From positions 1 through 42,617 of the forward strand of contig JBJMLP010000226.1 of assembly GCA_045805245.1 (NCBI GenBank): a stretch of 42,617 bases of DNA, given 5' to 3'. A model generated the notes under the pieces. That model searched no databases. It saw only the letters and a program-made list of their open reading frames with translations, and was not told the origin of the DNA. How positions within the stretch are numbered: position 1 is the stretch's first letter; the number at the start of each line of letters is the position of its first letter. The stretch comes from Actinomycetota bacterium (GTDB lineage Bacteria > Actinomycetota > UBA4738 > JBJMLN01). Below, in pieces: positions 24,683 to 33,449 of the stretch. The translations under genes were made by a program, and so were the position numbers.

Positions 24683-25261
24683 CTATTCCGGCGCTGGTCG
24701 GAGCGTGTTCCGCTCCACGGGGAAGCCCAGCTCCCGGAGCGTCTCCACGACGAAGACGCCCTTCTCGTAGGAGTACTCCAGCGCGTCGGGGACGCCGGAC
24801 TCGACGATCCGGCGCTTCTCCGCCACGTAGGCGTCGCGTAAGGCGCGATCCGCTCGAAGTCGGTCGCGGAACGCGCGCATCTCCCCGATCTCGGGATCTC
24901 CGAGCGGGATCACGTGGAGATGGATCGCGAACACGTCTCCTCCCTCGCGGAGAGACCCCTCGAGCATCGGCCGCTCCGGCGGGAACGGATCCTTGCCGCT
25001 CTGTCGCTGGAACCCCACAGCGACCAGGCCGTCTGTCGCTGACGGGATCTCCGAAGCGTCGAGCGCCAACAGCATGTCCACGACGTTCTTTCCCTCGAGA
25101 CCGGCGACGGACGAGCTGCCGACGTGCTCGGCGGCCGCTCCCGGCGCGGCATCCGCGACGATCTCCGCCACCCGCCGCGCGACCGTGAACGTCCGCGGGT
25201 CGTGCGGATGCGGCCCGAGTCCTCTTCCCGGACGCTCGTTACCGATCGGCGTCTCCATCAT
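24683..25261 (-). CDS. GrpB family protein (UPF0157, nucleotidyltransferase-like)
   Basis: HVGSSSVAGLEGKNVVDMLL, FAIHLHV and RAFRDRLRADRALRDAYVAEK are typical of GrpB. I prefer the tandem ATG ATG at 25261/25258 over the GTG at 25291. Confidence 0.75.
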   Translation of the reverse strand: MMETPIGNERPGRGLGPHPHDPRTFTVARRVAEIVADAAPGAAAEHVGSSSVAGLEGKNVVDMLLALDASEIPSATDGLVAVGFQRQSGKDPFPPERPMLEGSLREGGDVFAIHLHVIPLGDPEIGEMRAFRDRLRADRALRDAYVAEKRRIVESGVPDALEYSYEKGVFVVETLRELGFPVERNTLRPAPE

Positions 25262-25294
25262 CGGCGACACTAATGCGTCGGCTACGCTCACCGC

Positions 25295-26230
25295 ATGGAG
25301 CTTCCCGCGCTCCCGGAGGCGTACACGGCACGCGGCGCGACGATGGAGGACGCTCCGGCCGTCACGGAGCTCGTCACCGCCTCAAACCTCGCGGACGTCG
25401 GCTCGGCGGAGGTCGACGAAGCGGAGATCCGCGCCGTCTGGTCGCGCCCCGTCATGCGGCTCGACCTCGATGAGCACCTCGTGTTCGACGGCGACGGCAT
25501 CCTCGTCGGCTGGGCAGAGATGTACTTCCCGCAGGACGCACAGGGAACGGTTCGCCCCGAACGGCGAGGCGTCGGTCTCGGCGCGCATCTCGTGGCATGG
25601 ACGGAGCACCGCGCGCTGGAGATCGCCGGAGGCGACGACACCCTCGTGCGACAGAGCGCCCACGACACCGATACGGCAGCGCACGCGCTGTTCACCTCCA
25701 ACGGTTACGGACGCGTCTGGGATTCCTGGATCCTGGAGCTGCCCCTCGTCGACAACCCGAGGATCGTCGCGCCGCCCGACGGCGCCACGATCCGGCGCGC
25801 CGAGGCTCACGAGGAACGGGCGGTCCACGACGTCATCGAGACCGCCTTCGGGGAGTGGGAGGGCCGGGAGCCGGAGACATTCGAGGACTGGCACGCGTAC
25901 ATGGCGGGTCGTGCCGGCGGGAACGACCCCCCTTGGATCGTCGCCGAGACGGAGGGGAGCATCATCGCCGCCGCGACGCTGATGTTCTATCCGGACGACT
26001 CCGACGCCTGGATCGACGAGTTCGCCGTCGCGCGCCCGTACCGGCGCCGCGGCGTGGGGAGGTCGCTCCTCACGCACACGTTCTCGGACCTCCGGCGTGC
26101 AGGCGCAGCGAAGGCGCTCCTCAGCACCGACTCCCGAGGCGGAGGAAGGCACCTCTACGAGAGCGTCGGCATGCGCGTCGTGCGGTCCTCCACGAAGTAC
26201 GCGAAGGAGATTCGGGCCGAACGGCCCTAG
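25295..26230 (+). CDS. Two-domain GNAT acetyltransferase (MshD/mycothiol-synthase-like architecture)
   Basis: There are two GNAT halves. The second carries the acetyl-CoA motif FAVARPYRRRGVGRSLLTHTF. At ~311 aa the length fits MshD-like proteins. The specific function is not established. Confidence 0.7.
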   Translation: MELPALPEAYTARGATMEDAPAVTELVTASNLADVGSAEVDEAEIRAVWSRPVMRLDLDEHLVFDGDGILVGWAEMYFPQDAQGTVRPERRGVGLGAHLVAWTEHRALEIAGGDDTLVRQSAHDTDTAAHALFTSNGYGRVWDSWILELPLVDNPRIVAPPDGATIRRAEAHEERAVHDVIETAFGEWEGREPETFEDWHAYMAGRAGGNDPPWIVAETEGSIIAAATLMFYPDDSDAWIDEFAVARPYRRRGVGRSLLTHTFSDLRRAGAAKALLSTDSRGGGRHLYESVGMRVVRSSTKYAKEIRAERP

Positions 26231-27354
26231 ACGGGAACGGGCTCCGGCTGCGCCTCTAGCTCGCCCGCGATCGAGCCGGGAGGAGGCGTGTCGCGCATCC
26301 AGTTCCTCTTCGCGCGCCAGATCAGATAGGTCACTCCGCCGATCGGGATCTGGATGCCGTAGGTGAGGACGCGGAAGATCAGGACTGCGGCGACGATCGC
26401 CGCCTTCTCGCCGGAATCCGCGGCGAGGGTGGTGAGGCCGCCGATGTAGCCGAGATCGATCACGCCGACCCCGCCCGGCGTCACCGGGATCGCGGAGAGC
26501 AGCCGGCTGAACGCGAACACCGCGAAGACGTCGACGGCCGGGAGCTCCTGCTCCGAGACGCCCATGTGCCGGAGCGAGAGCAGGAGCACGAAGAACAACG
26601 CGACGTGGCTCAGCAGCGTCGTCCACGTCAGGCGGAGCCATCGCCGCTCCACGAGGATGATCGTCTCCCGTCGGAACTTCACGGCCTTGTCGCCCATGCC
26701 GACGGGAGCGGGCTTGCGGAACAGCTTCTTCACCCTGCCTATCACTCGGCCCACGAACTCTCCGACGCGCCGGGCCATCGCCTCGCTCCGGAACAGCAGC
26801 GTCAGGAGCACCACCGCTCCGACAAGCACGCCGATACCGATGATCGCAGCTCCGACGAGCGCCGGATACGTGTGGCCCGTGATGACAAGGAGCGCCAGGG
26901 CAACAACGGGGAGCGCGAGCTTCGCGAAGATGTTCCAGATACCGGTGACGCCGACGTAGAGCGTGGCCTCTCCGGCCGTGAAACCCCATGAGCCGAGCAT
27001 CGCGTAGCTGAGGCCGACGGCGATCGCACCGCCCGCGGGGAGCGTGTTCGCGACGGAGGTCGTCGTTTGTGTCGAGACCGCCGCTTGGCGCAGCCGCAAA
27101 CCCGGGAGCGCCGCCTGGTTCGCGAGCCAGTACGTGACCAGGTTGAAGACCGTCGCCGCGAGCAGCGACCAGAACTCCAGCGGCGTGAGCGTGCGGAGCG
27201 CGCGCCACACCGCGCTGTAGTCGGCGAAATGCGGGATCGCGAACCAGAAGATCCCGACGACGATCACGATCCCGACGACGAATGTCAGAATCTGCTTCGT
27301 GCCGATCTTCCTACGCCGGGGCGCAGCCTCCGTCGCCGTGCCTACAGCCGCCAT
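26227..27354 (-). CDS. Integral membrane protein, LPG-synthase-TM / flippase-like (UPF0104) family
   Basis: About 8 TM helices are present. The family-like motif is LLSAIPVTPGGVGVIDLGYIGGL. An SD-like GGGAGAGG lies upstream of ATG 27354. Confidence 0.7.
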   Translation of the reverse strand: MAAVGTATEAAPRRRKIGTKQILTFVVGIVIVVGIFWFAIPHFADYSAVWRALRTLTPLEFWSLLAATVFNLVTYWLANQAALPGLRLRQAAVSTQTTTSVANTLPAGGAIAVGLSYAMLGSWGFTAGEATLYVGVTGIWNIFAKLALPVVALALLVITGHTYPALVGAAIIGIGVLVGAVVLLTLLFRSEAMARRVGEFVGRVIGRVKKLFRKPAPVGMGDKAVKFRRETIILVERRWLRLTWTTLLSHVALFFVLLLSLRHMGVSEQELPAVDVFAVFAFSRLLSAIPVTPGGVGVIDLGYIGGLTTLAADSGEKAAIVAAVLIFRVLTYGIQIPIGGVTYLIWRAKRNWMRDTPPPGSIAGELEAQPEPVPV

Positions 27355-27486
27355 CGGCTGCCCCTCTCCCTTTTTGTGTCCATGAACCTACAGGACCGTC
27401 ACGACCGACGCGACCGCCCAGGCGGCAAGGGGATGCTGCAGTTGGGCAACAGCCCCCGAGTATTTGATGGTTCTGTGATCGCTCGG

Positions 27487-27573
27487 CGGTGGCCGAGGGA
27501 TTCGAACCCTCGAGGGAGTTGCCCCCCTACACGCTCTCCAGGCGTGCCCCTTCGTCCGCTCGGGCAGGCCACC
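27487..27573 (-). tRNA. tRNA-Ser(GGA)
   Basis: Folded by hand: acceptor GGUGGCC/GGCCACC, anticodon stem-loop CACGC-CUGGAGA-GCGUG, a long variable arm, and T-arm GGUUCGAAUCC. CCA is not encoded. Confidence 0.9.
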
Positions 27574-27649
27574 GCAGAGGATTCTACGAAGGAGCCATCG
27601 GTCGCCGGGCAGCCCGACGTTCCCGCATGAGCCTGGAGGTCGGGAGATG

Positions 27650-27736
27650 CGGAGGCGACAGGATTCGAACCTGTGAGGGCCGTGAAGCCCTAACCGCTTT
27701 CGAGGCGGTCCCGTTCGTCCGCTCCGGCACGCCTCC
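27650..27736 (-). tRNA. tRNA-Ser(CGA)
   Basis: Acceptor GGAGGCG/CGCCUCC, anticodon loop CUCGAAA, a long variable arm, and T-arm GGUUCGAAUCC. CCA is not encoded. Confidence 0.9.
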
Positions 27737-27750
27737 GTCGGCGAGTCTAG

Positions 27751-28224
27751 CTAAGCGCTGCTGCCGCGTCTTTCACGGAAGAAGGCGCGGAGGAGCTCGG
27801 CGCAGCGCTCCTCCAGCACACCGGAAGTGAGCTCGAGACGGTGGTTCAACCTCGGGTCGCGAGTGAGATCGCCGAGCGAACCGGCGAATCCCGCCTTCGG
27901 ATCGCTCGCGCCGAAGACGAGCCGGTCGAGCCGGGCGAGAACGGCCGCTCCGGCACACATCGCGCACGGCTCCAGGGTGACGGTGAGCGTGCATCCCTCC
28001 AGGCGCCAGGACTTCAGGACCGCGCTCGCACGACGGATCGCGAGGAGCTCCGCGTGCGCCGTCGGATCGTGCAGACGCTCGCGCTGGTTTCCGGCGTGCG
28101 CGAGGACCTCGTCGCCGCGGGTGACGACCGCGCCGATCGGAACGTCGCCCCACGAGAGGCTCCGCTCCGCCTCGCCGAGCGCGAGCTCCATCGCCCGGAT
28201 GTCCTCGGGTGAGTAGTCCGTCAC
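27751..28224 (-). CDS. tadA: tRNA adenosine(34) deaminase
   Basis: Deaminase zinc motifs HAELLAI and TLEPCAMCAGA. The size is ~157 aa. Confidence 0.92.
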   Translation of the reverse strand: MTDYSPEDIRAMELALGEAERSLSWGDVPIGAVVTRGDEVLAHAGNQRERLHDPTAHAELLAIRRASAVLKSWRLEGCTLTVTLEPCAMCAGAAVLARLDRLVFGASDPKAGFAGSLGDLTRDPRLNHRLELTSGVLEERCAELLRAFFRERRGSSA

Positions 28225-28227
28225 GGA

Positions 28228-28575
28228 CTAGTACTGCCCGATCTCACGCAACCGGTCGTCCGAGATGCCGAAGTAGTGGGCGACCTCGTGCGAGACCGTG
28301 TGGGAGATGCGCGAGCGAAGGGCCTGCTCGTCCGGTCCGGAGACCCGTTCGATATTGAAGCGGTACAGGGCGATGCGGTCGGGCATGACGCCGCTGTAGC
28401 CGGAGTTCCGCCGCGTCAACGGAACGCCCTCATAGCGGCCGAGCAGTGACCGAGACCCGCCGGGGGCCTCGTCCTCGATCATGACCTCCACGTTCTCCAT
28501 GCGCTCGAGCACCCATGCGGGCAGCGAATCGAGCGCCTCGCGCGTGAGTTCTTCGAATCTCTGGAGCGTGACCAC
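28228..28575 (-). CDS. Small metallopeptidase-family protein (DUF1025-like, HExxH)
   Basis: HEVAHYFG motif near the C-terminus, and N-terminal FEELTREALDSLP typical of this family. Confidence 0.7.
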   Translation of the reverse strand: MVTLQRFEELTREALDSLPAWVLERMENVEVMIEDEAPGGSRSLLGRYEGVPLTRRNSGYSGVMPDRIALYRFNIERVSGPDEQALRSRISHTVSHEVAHYFGISDDRLREIGQY

Positions 28576-28596
28576 CGTCCGTGTAGCCTACGCGGC

Positions 28597-29937
28597 ATGC
28601 CGGGAGGCCTCCGCACAGACCTCTACGAGCTCAACATGACGGCGAGCTACCTCCGCCGGGAGATGCACGACGTCGCGACGTTCAGCCTCTTCATCCGGAC
28701 GATGCCGAGGAACCGCGGCTTCCTCGTCGCCGCCGGCCTGGACGACTGCCTCGGATACCTCGAACAGCTCTCGTTCGAAGACGACGACCTCGAGTACCTG
28801 CGGGAGCTCGGATTCCGTCCGGACGACCTCGACGCGTTCCGCGAGCTGCGGTTCACGGGCGACGTCTGGGCGGTTCCGGAGGGGCGCATCGTCTATCCGG
28901 GAGAGCCGTTGCTGGAGGTCAGGGCCCCGATCCCCGAGGCCCAGCTCGCGGAGACCGCCCTCCTCAACGCGATCACCCTCAACACGACGGTCACATCGAA
29001 GGTGGCGCGATGCGTGATCGCCGCGGACGGACGACAGCTCGTCGATTTCTCTCTGCGGCGCGATCAGGGCATCGAAGCCTCTATCGCGGTCGCCCGCGCG
29101 TGCGCGATCGTCGGGTTCGCGGCGACGAGCAACGTCGAGGCGGCGCGACGACTCGGCATTCCCGCGGCGGGAACCATGGCCCACTCCTACATCGAGGCGT
29201 TCCCGACCGAGCGCGAGGCCTTCAATGCGTTCGCGGAGGATCATCCGACACGGACGACGTTCCTCGTCGACACCTACGAGACGCTCGCGGGTGTCCGAAC
29301 GGCGATCGAGGTGATCCGCGAGCTTTCGCTCCAGCCGCCGCTCGCGATCCGGATCGACAGCGGCAACGTCGGAAAGCTCGCTCGTGCCGCCCGGGAGATC
29401 CTCGACGGCGCCGGCCTTCCGGAGGTACGCATCTTCGCGAGCGGAGGCCTCGACGAGTTCTCGATCCACCGGCTGCTCGCCGACGGCGCGCCGATCGACG
29501 CATTCGGCGTCGGAACGCTGGTCGGCGTCTCCGCTGACGCGCCGTACGTCGACTCCGTCTACAAGCTCGTGGAGTACGCCGGCCGCCCGGTCTCCAAGCT
29601 CTCGCTCGGGAAGGCCACGGCGCCGGGAGCCAAGCAGGTGTTCCGCTCGGCGGAGGGCGACGTGATCGCGCTCCGCTCCGAACGAGGACCCTCGGGCGCC
29701 GAACCGCTCCTCCAGCCGGTGATGGAGAACGGCCGGCGCCTGGCCCCGCCCGAACCCCTGGAGACGAAGCGCGACCGTTTCCGACGTGACCTCTCCCGTC
29801 TGCCTCCGAGCGCGGTTCGAATCGAGGATCCCGTTTCGCGAGAGGTCCCCTTCTCCGAGACGCTGCTCCGCCTCACTTCCGAGACGCGCGGGGAGATGCT
29901 CGCGCGCCAGCGCTCCCTCGACTCCGGCACGACCTGA
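28597..29937 (+). CDS. pncB: Nicotinate phosphoribosyltransferase
   Basis: LRTDLYELNMTASYL, GFAATSNVEAARRLGIPAAGTMAHSYI and IRIDSGN. Confidence 0.9.
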   Translation: MPGGLRTDLYELNMTASYLRREMHDVATFSLFIRTMPRNRGFLVAAGLDDCLGYLEQLSFEDDDLEYLRELGFRPDDLDAFRELRFTGDVWAVPEGRIVYPGEPLLEVRAPIPEAQLAETALLNAITLNTTVTSKVARCVIAADGRQLVDFSLRRDQGIEASIAVARACAIVGFAATSNVEAARRLGIPAAGTMAHSYIEAFPTEREAFNAFAEDHPTRTTFLVDTYETLAGVRTAIEVIRELSLQPPLAIRIDSGNVGKLARAAREILDGAGLPEVRIFASGGLDEFSIHRLLADGAPIDAFGVGTLVGVSADAPYVDSVYKLVEYAGRPVSKLSLGKATAPGAKQVFRSAEGDVIALRSERGPSGAEPLLQPVMENGRRLAPPEPLETKRDRFRRDLSRLPPSAVRIEDPVSREVPFSETLLRLTSETRGEMLARQRSLDSGTT

Positions 29938-29951
29938 GAGGAGAATCGCCC

Positions 29952-30716
29952 ATGAGTCCGTTCCGCGTAGGGGTACAGCTCCGCCCGCAGCACTGCACGA
30001 TCGAGGATCTCCGCGCCGCCTGGCGACGGGCGGACGAGCTCGGACTCGACTCCATCTGGACGTGGGACCACTTCTATCCGCTGTTCGGCGAGCCCGACGG
30101 TCCGCATTTCGAGGGGTGGTCGCTCCTCGCGGCGATGGCCTGCGAGACGCGGAACGCGCACTTCGGCATGCTCGTGACCTGCAACACCTACCGGAACCCG
30201 CAGCTCCTCGCCGACATGGCTCGAACGGTCGACCACCTGAGCGGCGGCCGCCTGATCCTCGGGATCGGCTCCGGTTGGTTCGAACGCGACTACGACGAGT
30301 ACGGCTACGAGTTCGGCACCGCGACCGGCCGCCTCCAGGCACTCGGCGAGTCGCTCCCGGTGATCAAGGAGCGTCTCGGCAAGCTGAACCCTCCGCCGGT
30401 CGGGGAGCTTCCGATCCTGATCGGAGGCGAGGGAGAGAAGATGACCCTCCGTCTCGTCGCGGAGCACGCACAGATGTGGAACGGGTTCGGGCCTCCGGAC
30501 CGCTTCCGTCACAAGAACGAGGTCCTCGATCGGTGGTGCGGCGAGATCGGCAAGGACCCTTCGGAGATCGAGCGAACCGTCACGATCGACGAGCCGGAGG
30601 AGCTCGACGCGCTCGAGGAGTTCCTGGATGCCCGGGCCGAGCACGTCATCGTGGGACTCGACGCGCCGTTCGACTTCACGCAGGTGGAACAGGTGCTGGA
30701 GCGGGCACGCAGTTAG
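29952..30716 (+). CDS. LLM-class (luciferase-like) F420-dependent oxidoreductase
   Basis: LGLDSIWTWDHF and GGRLILGIGSGWFERDY. At ~254 aa it is the short LLM family typical of F420-using bacteria. The cofactor assignment is by family only. Confidence 0.75.
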   Translation: MSPFRVGVQLRPQHCTIEDLRAAWRRADELGLDSIWTWDHFYPLFGEPDGPHFEGWSLLAAMACETRNAHFGMLVTCNTYRNPQLLADMARTVDHLSGGRLILGIGSGWFERDYDEYGYEFGTATGRLQALGESLPVIKERLGKLNPPPVGELPILIGGEGEKMTLRLVAEHAQMWNGFGPPDRFRHKNEVLDRWCGEIGKDPSEIERTVTIDEPEELDALEEFLDARAEHVIVGLDAPFDFTQVEQVLERARS

Positions 30717-30719
30717 GAC

Positions 30720-31772
30720 CTAGTGCAGCGCCACCGGGTCGCACGCCCCGTTGTCGTTCGGATGGATGTGGCACAGCGTCGATCCGGCGGTCGGCAGGGC
30801 GAGGCCGACGCGGCGGTAGGCGTCCAGCGATCGCTGCGATGTCTGAACGCGGAAGTCGACGGTCTTGCCGGTCTGCGCGTAGAACGCGCGCGTCTGCGAA
30901 TAGCAGACCCCCAGGAGCTCCGGCCAATCGAGGATCGTCTCTCCCGCGGCCTTGATCCACGTCGCCTTGTCGTGGCTCTTCACCTTGCCACCGCACGCGT
31001 CCCCCTCCACGGAGCCCCACTCCTCGATGAAGAGTGGCTTGCCCCGCCCGACGGCGTATTCGTGCGCGGCGGTGAAGATGTTGCGGAACGACACCCATCC
31101 CCCGCCAGAACAGGTCCCACGGTTGTAACCGTCGGCTCCGACGATGTCCGCGCGTGACGGGAACCATCGCTTCGGGCCCCCGAAGTGCCCGTGGTACGTG
31201 CCGCGCATCAACGTGGCCATCCAGTGAAGGTTGGTCGCGCCGACGGAGGTGAAGACGTCGTAGATGTGATTGTACGCAGCCTTGAATTCCACCGCCGTGC
31301 CGGCGCTGAAATCGTTCTCAGGCTCGGGATTGAACACGAAGTACACGGGCACTCCGAGGTCGCGGAGCGACTGTCCCTTCTCCTCGAGCTCGTCGTCGTA
31401 GCGGCCCGTGGCGATGTCGCTCCATTTCGCCCATCCGGCGCCCCCGCTCTTCTTCGCCACCATCCCGATCAGCGGGATGTGACCCGTCGCGACGCTCTCC
31501 TCGACGACGTCGTTCACCAGGCGGCGGTCGAAGTTGAGGTAGTGGCGCGTGAAGTCGATGCGGCGCCCGATCATGTCTTCGAACGCCTTCACGGAGGCGA
31601 TGCGTTCCGCTCCCCTCGGGGCGACGAACGCTCCCCACATCGCCTTGCTCTTGCGCCTGGCTGCCGCCGACCCTTGCGCCGCAGGCAGGACGCCCGAGGC
31701 CGCGAGGGCGCCCGCTCCCGCTCCGGCGAGCGCGCGCGTCAGGAACTCCCGGCGGGAGAGACCGTCACTCAC
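30720..31772 (-). CDS. Tat-secreted clan GH-A glycoside hydrolase (GH26/GH5-like)
   Basis: Twin-arginine signal SRREFLTRALAGAGAGAL. Also MWGAFV...FNPEPEN...FIEEWGS (candidate acid/base and nucleophile Glu). The start is set to GTG at 31770-31772, which overlaps the sulfatase stop (GTGA). ATG at 31799 is the alternative. Confidence 0.6.
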   Translation of the reverse strand: MSDGLSRREFLTRALAGAGAGALAASGVLPAAQGSAAARRKSKAMWGAFVAPRGAERIASVKAFEDMIGRRIDFTRHYLNFDRRLVNDVVEESVATGHIPLIGMVAKKSGGAGWAKWSDIATGRYDDELEEKGQSLRDLGVPVYFVFNPEPENDFSAGTAVEFKAAYNHIYDVFTSVGATNLHWMATLMRGTYHGHFGGPKRWFPSRADIVGADGYNRGTCSGGGWVSFRNIFTAAHEYAVGRGKPLFIEEWGSVEGDACGGKVKSHDKATWIKAAGETILDWPELLGVCYSQTRAFYAQTGKTVDFRVQTSQRSLDAYRRVGLALPTAGSTLCHIHPNDNGACDPVALH

Positions 31773-33232
31773 GGGAATCCCGGAGGTCTCGGCTGACACA
31801 GTTCTTCGGCCCGCGCGGCCATCCGTTGCGCCACGCCGTCATAGCGGGTTCGGCGCACCACGTTCTGGAGCTCGAACGGGTCGCGGTTGAGATCGTAGAG
31901 CTCGCGTTCGCCCGTGTTGTACTCCACGAAGACGTAGCGGGAGCTGCGCGCGCCGCAGTACGCGGGTACGGAGACGCGCGGTCCCTGGTTCGGTGCCGCC
32001 TGGGAGTTCTCGATGAGGAAACTCCTCCTCCACGCTGAGGGGTCGCCGAGCATACTCCCGTCGAGGATCGGGAGGAGGCTCGACCCCTCCGCGCCGGGCA
32101 TCGTCGTGCCCGCGAGCGCCGCGAACGTCGGCGCGAGGTCGATGTTGAGCGCGAGATCCGGGGAATTCGGTGCATTCTGCGTCAACGGGTCGTACCGCAG
32201 GGCGTACGGCACGCGGATGCTCTCCTCATAGGGATCGAGCTTCTTGTCGACCCAGCGGTGTTCCCCGAGCGAGATCCCGTTGTCGGAGGTGAACACGATC
32301 ATCGTGTCGGAAAGCCTCCCCGTGGCGCGGAGGGCGTCGACGATCCGCTTGACCGCGTCGTCGACCGCGAGGAGGGAGCGGTACTGGCGCTGGTGGAAGG
32401 TATCGATCCGCTTGATCGTCGCGCGGTCGAGCCGAGGAAGGTCGCGGATGTAGCGCGGCTTGTCACGGACGTTCTTCTCGTTGAAGTTCGGCGGCCGGTA
32501 CGGCTTGATGTGGGTGAATCGGTTCCGGTCCCGGGGCGCGGACACCGCGGGGTCGTGCGGCGCGAACGGCGCGAAGTACAGGAACAGCGGCCGCCCGCTC
32601 GCGGTGTCCTGGATGAAGCTCACGGCCTGGTCGGCGAGGAGATCCGTCGAGTAGTCGGAGTGGGAGTGCCCGACCGATTGGACGTTGCCGTCGGTGTTCA
32701 GCAGGTAGTTGTAGTACGCGGCGCTCACGTAGCCGGGGCCGTCGAAGGCCGTCCAGCGGCTCCATCCCGGCGGAACGTAGTCCGTCTTCGCGTAGCCGTT
32801 GAAGTACTTCCCGACGAGCGCGGTGCGGTATCCCGAGCTTTCCAGCTGCGTGGCGATCGTGGTGGTGTCGTTGAAGTCGGCGAAGCCGCCGTGCGGCGGA
32901 GAGTTCTGATAGATCCCCGTCGTGTGGGGATACGCGCCGGTGAGGATGCTCGCGCGGCTCGGGCAGCACAACGGATCGGTCACGAATCCGTTCTCGAACT
33001 TGACGCCCGGTCCCACGACGAAGCGGCGCGTCTGCGGCATCGCCCAGAGCGAGTCGAAGCGCTGATCGTCGGTGAGGATCAGCACGATGCTCGGGCGTTG
33101 CGGCGGAGGCGTCCCGGCACTCACCTGCTGTCGTGCCGAGGTCAAGGCGGGCAGCAGGACGAGCAGCGCCACCAGGGGATACCGGGTGCGCCGGGCGACC
33201 GATCGAAGGCGTGTTCGTGGCGTCGCTCTCAT
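31769..33232 (-). CDS. Secreted Cys-type sulfatase (arylsulfatase / N-acetylglucosamine-6-sulfatase-like)
   Basis: A signal peptide is followed by ILTDDQRFD and the formylglycine motif CCPSRASILTG. Confidence 0.88.
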   Translation of the reverse strand: MRATPRTRLRSVARRTRYPLVALLVLLPALTSARQQVSAGTPPPQRPSIVLILTDDQRFDSLWAMPQTRRFVVGPGVKFENGFVTDPLCCPSRASILTGAYPHTTGIYQNSPPHGGFADFNDTTTIATQLESSGYRTALVGKYFNGYAKTDYVPPGWSRWTAFDGPGYVSAAYYNYLLNTDGNVQSVGHSHSDYSTDLLADQAVSFIQDTASGRPLFLYFAPFAPHDPAVSAPRDRNRFTHIKPYRPPNFNEKNVRDKPRYIRDLPRLDRATIKRIDTFHQRQYRSLLAVDDAVKRIVDALRATGRLSDTMIVFTSDNGISLGEHRWVDKKLDPYEESIRVPYALRYDPLTQNAPNSPDLALNIDLAPTFAALAGTTMPGAEGSSLLPILDGSMLGDPSAWRRSFLIENSQAAPNQGPRVSVPAYCGARSSRYVFVEYNTGERELYDLNRDPFELQNVVRRTRYDGVAQRMAARAEELCQPRPPGFP

Positions 33233-33449
33233 GTTCGGGGCGCCGACGGAGCGCGCGGGCGCCGCGGAAGTGTCTCAGGAGATGGGAACACCTCGCAATG
33301 CAGGCGCGGAACCCGGAAAAGTACCCATCTTTCCACGGCCGCCCCGCCACCTCGCCCGGAGATGACGACGCCTGCGGATCGCGATGGAACCCTTCCGTCC
33401 TCCGCCGTGTCTCTTGGTTCGAGACCCGCAGGACGGAGGAGGCTCTCTC

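Noticed and set aside
27355-27486. tRNA-flanking regions (27355-27486, 27574-27649, 37227-37271, 37347-37384, 40831-40849, 40939-41042), examined for integrase genes, att-like direct repeats of tRNA 3' ends or island boundaries.
   Set aside because: No integrase or recombinase ORF lies nearby. I saw no duplicated tRNA 3' segments. Flanking genes have the same high-GC composition as the rest of the window.
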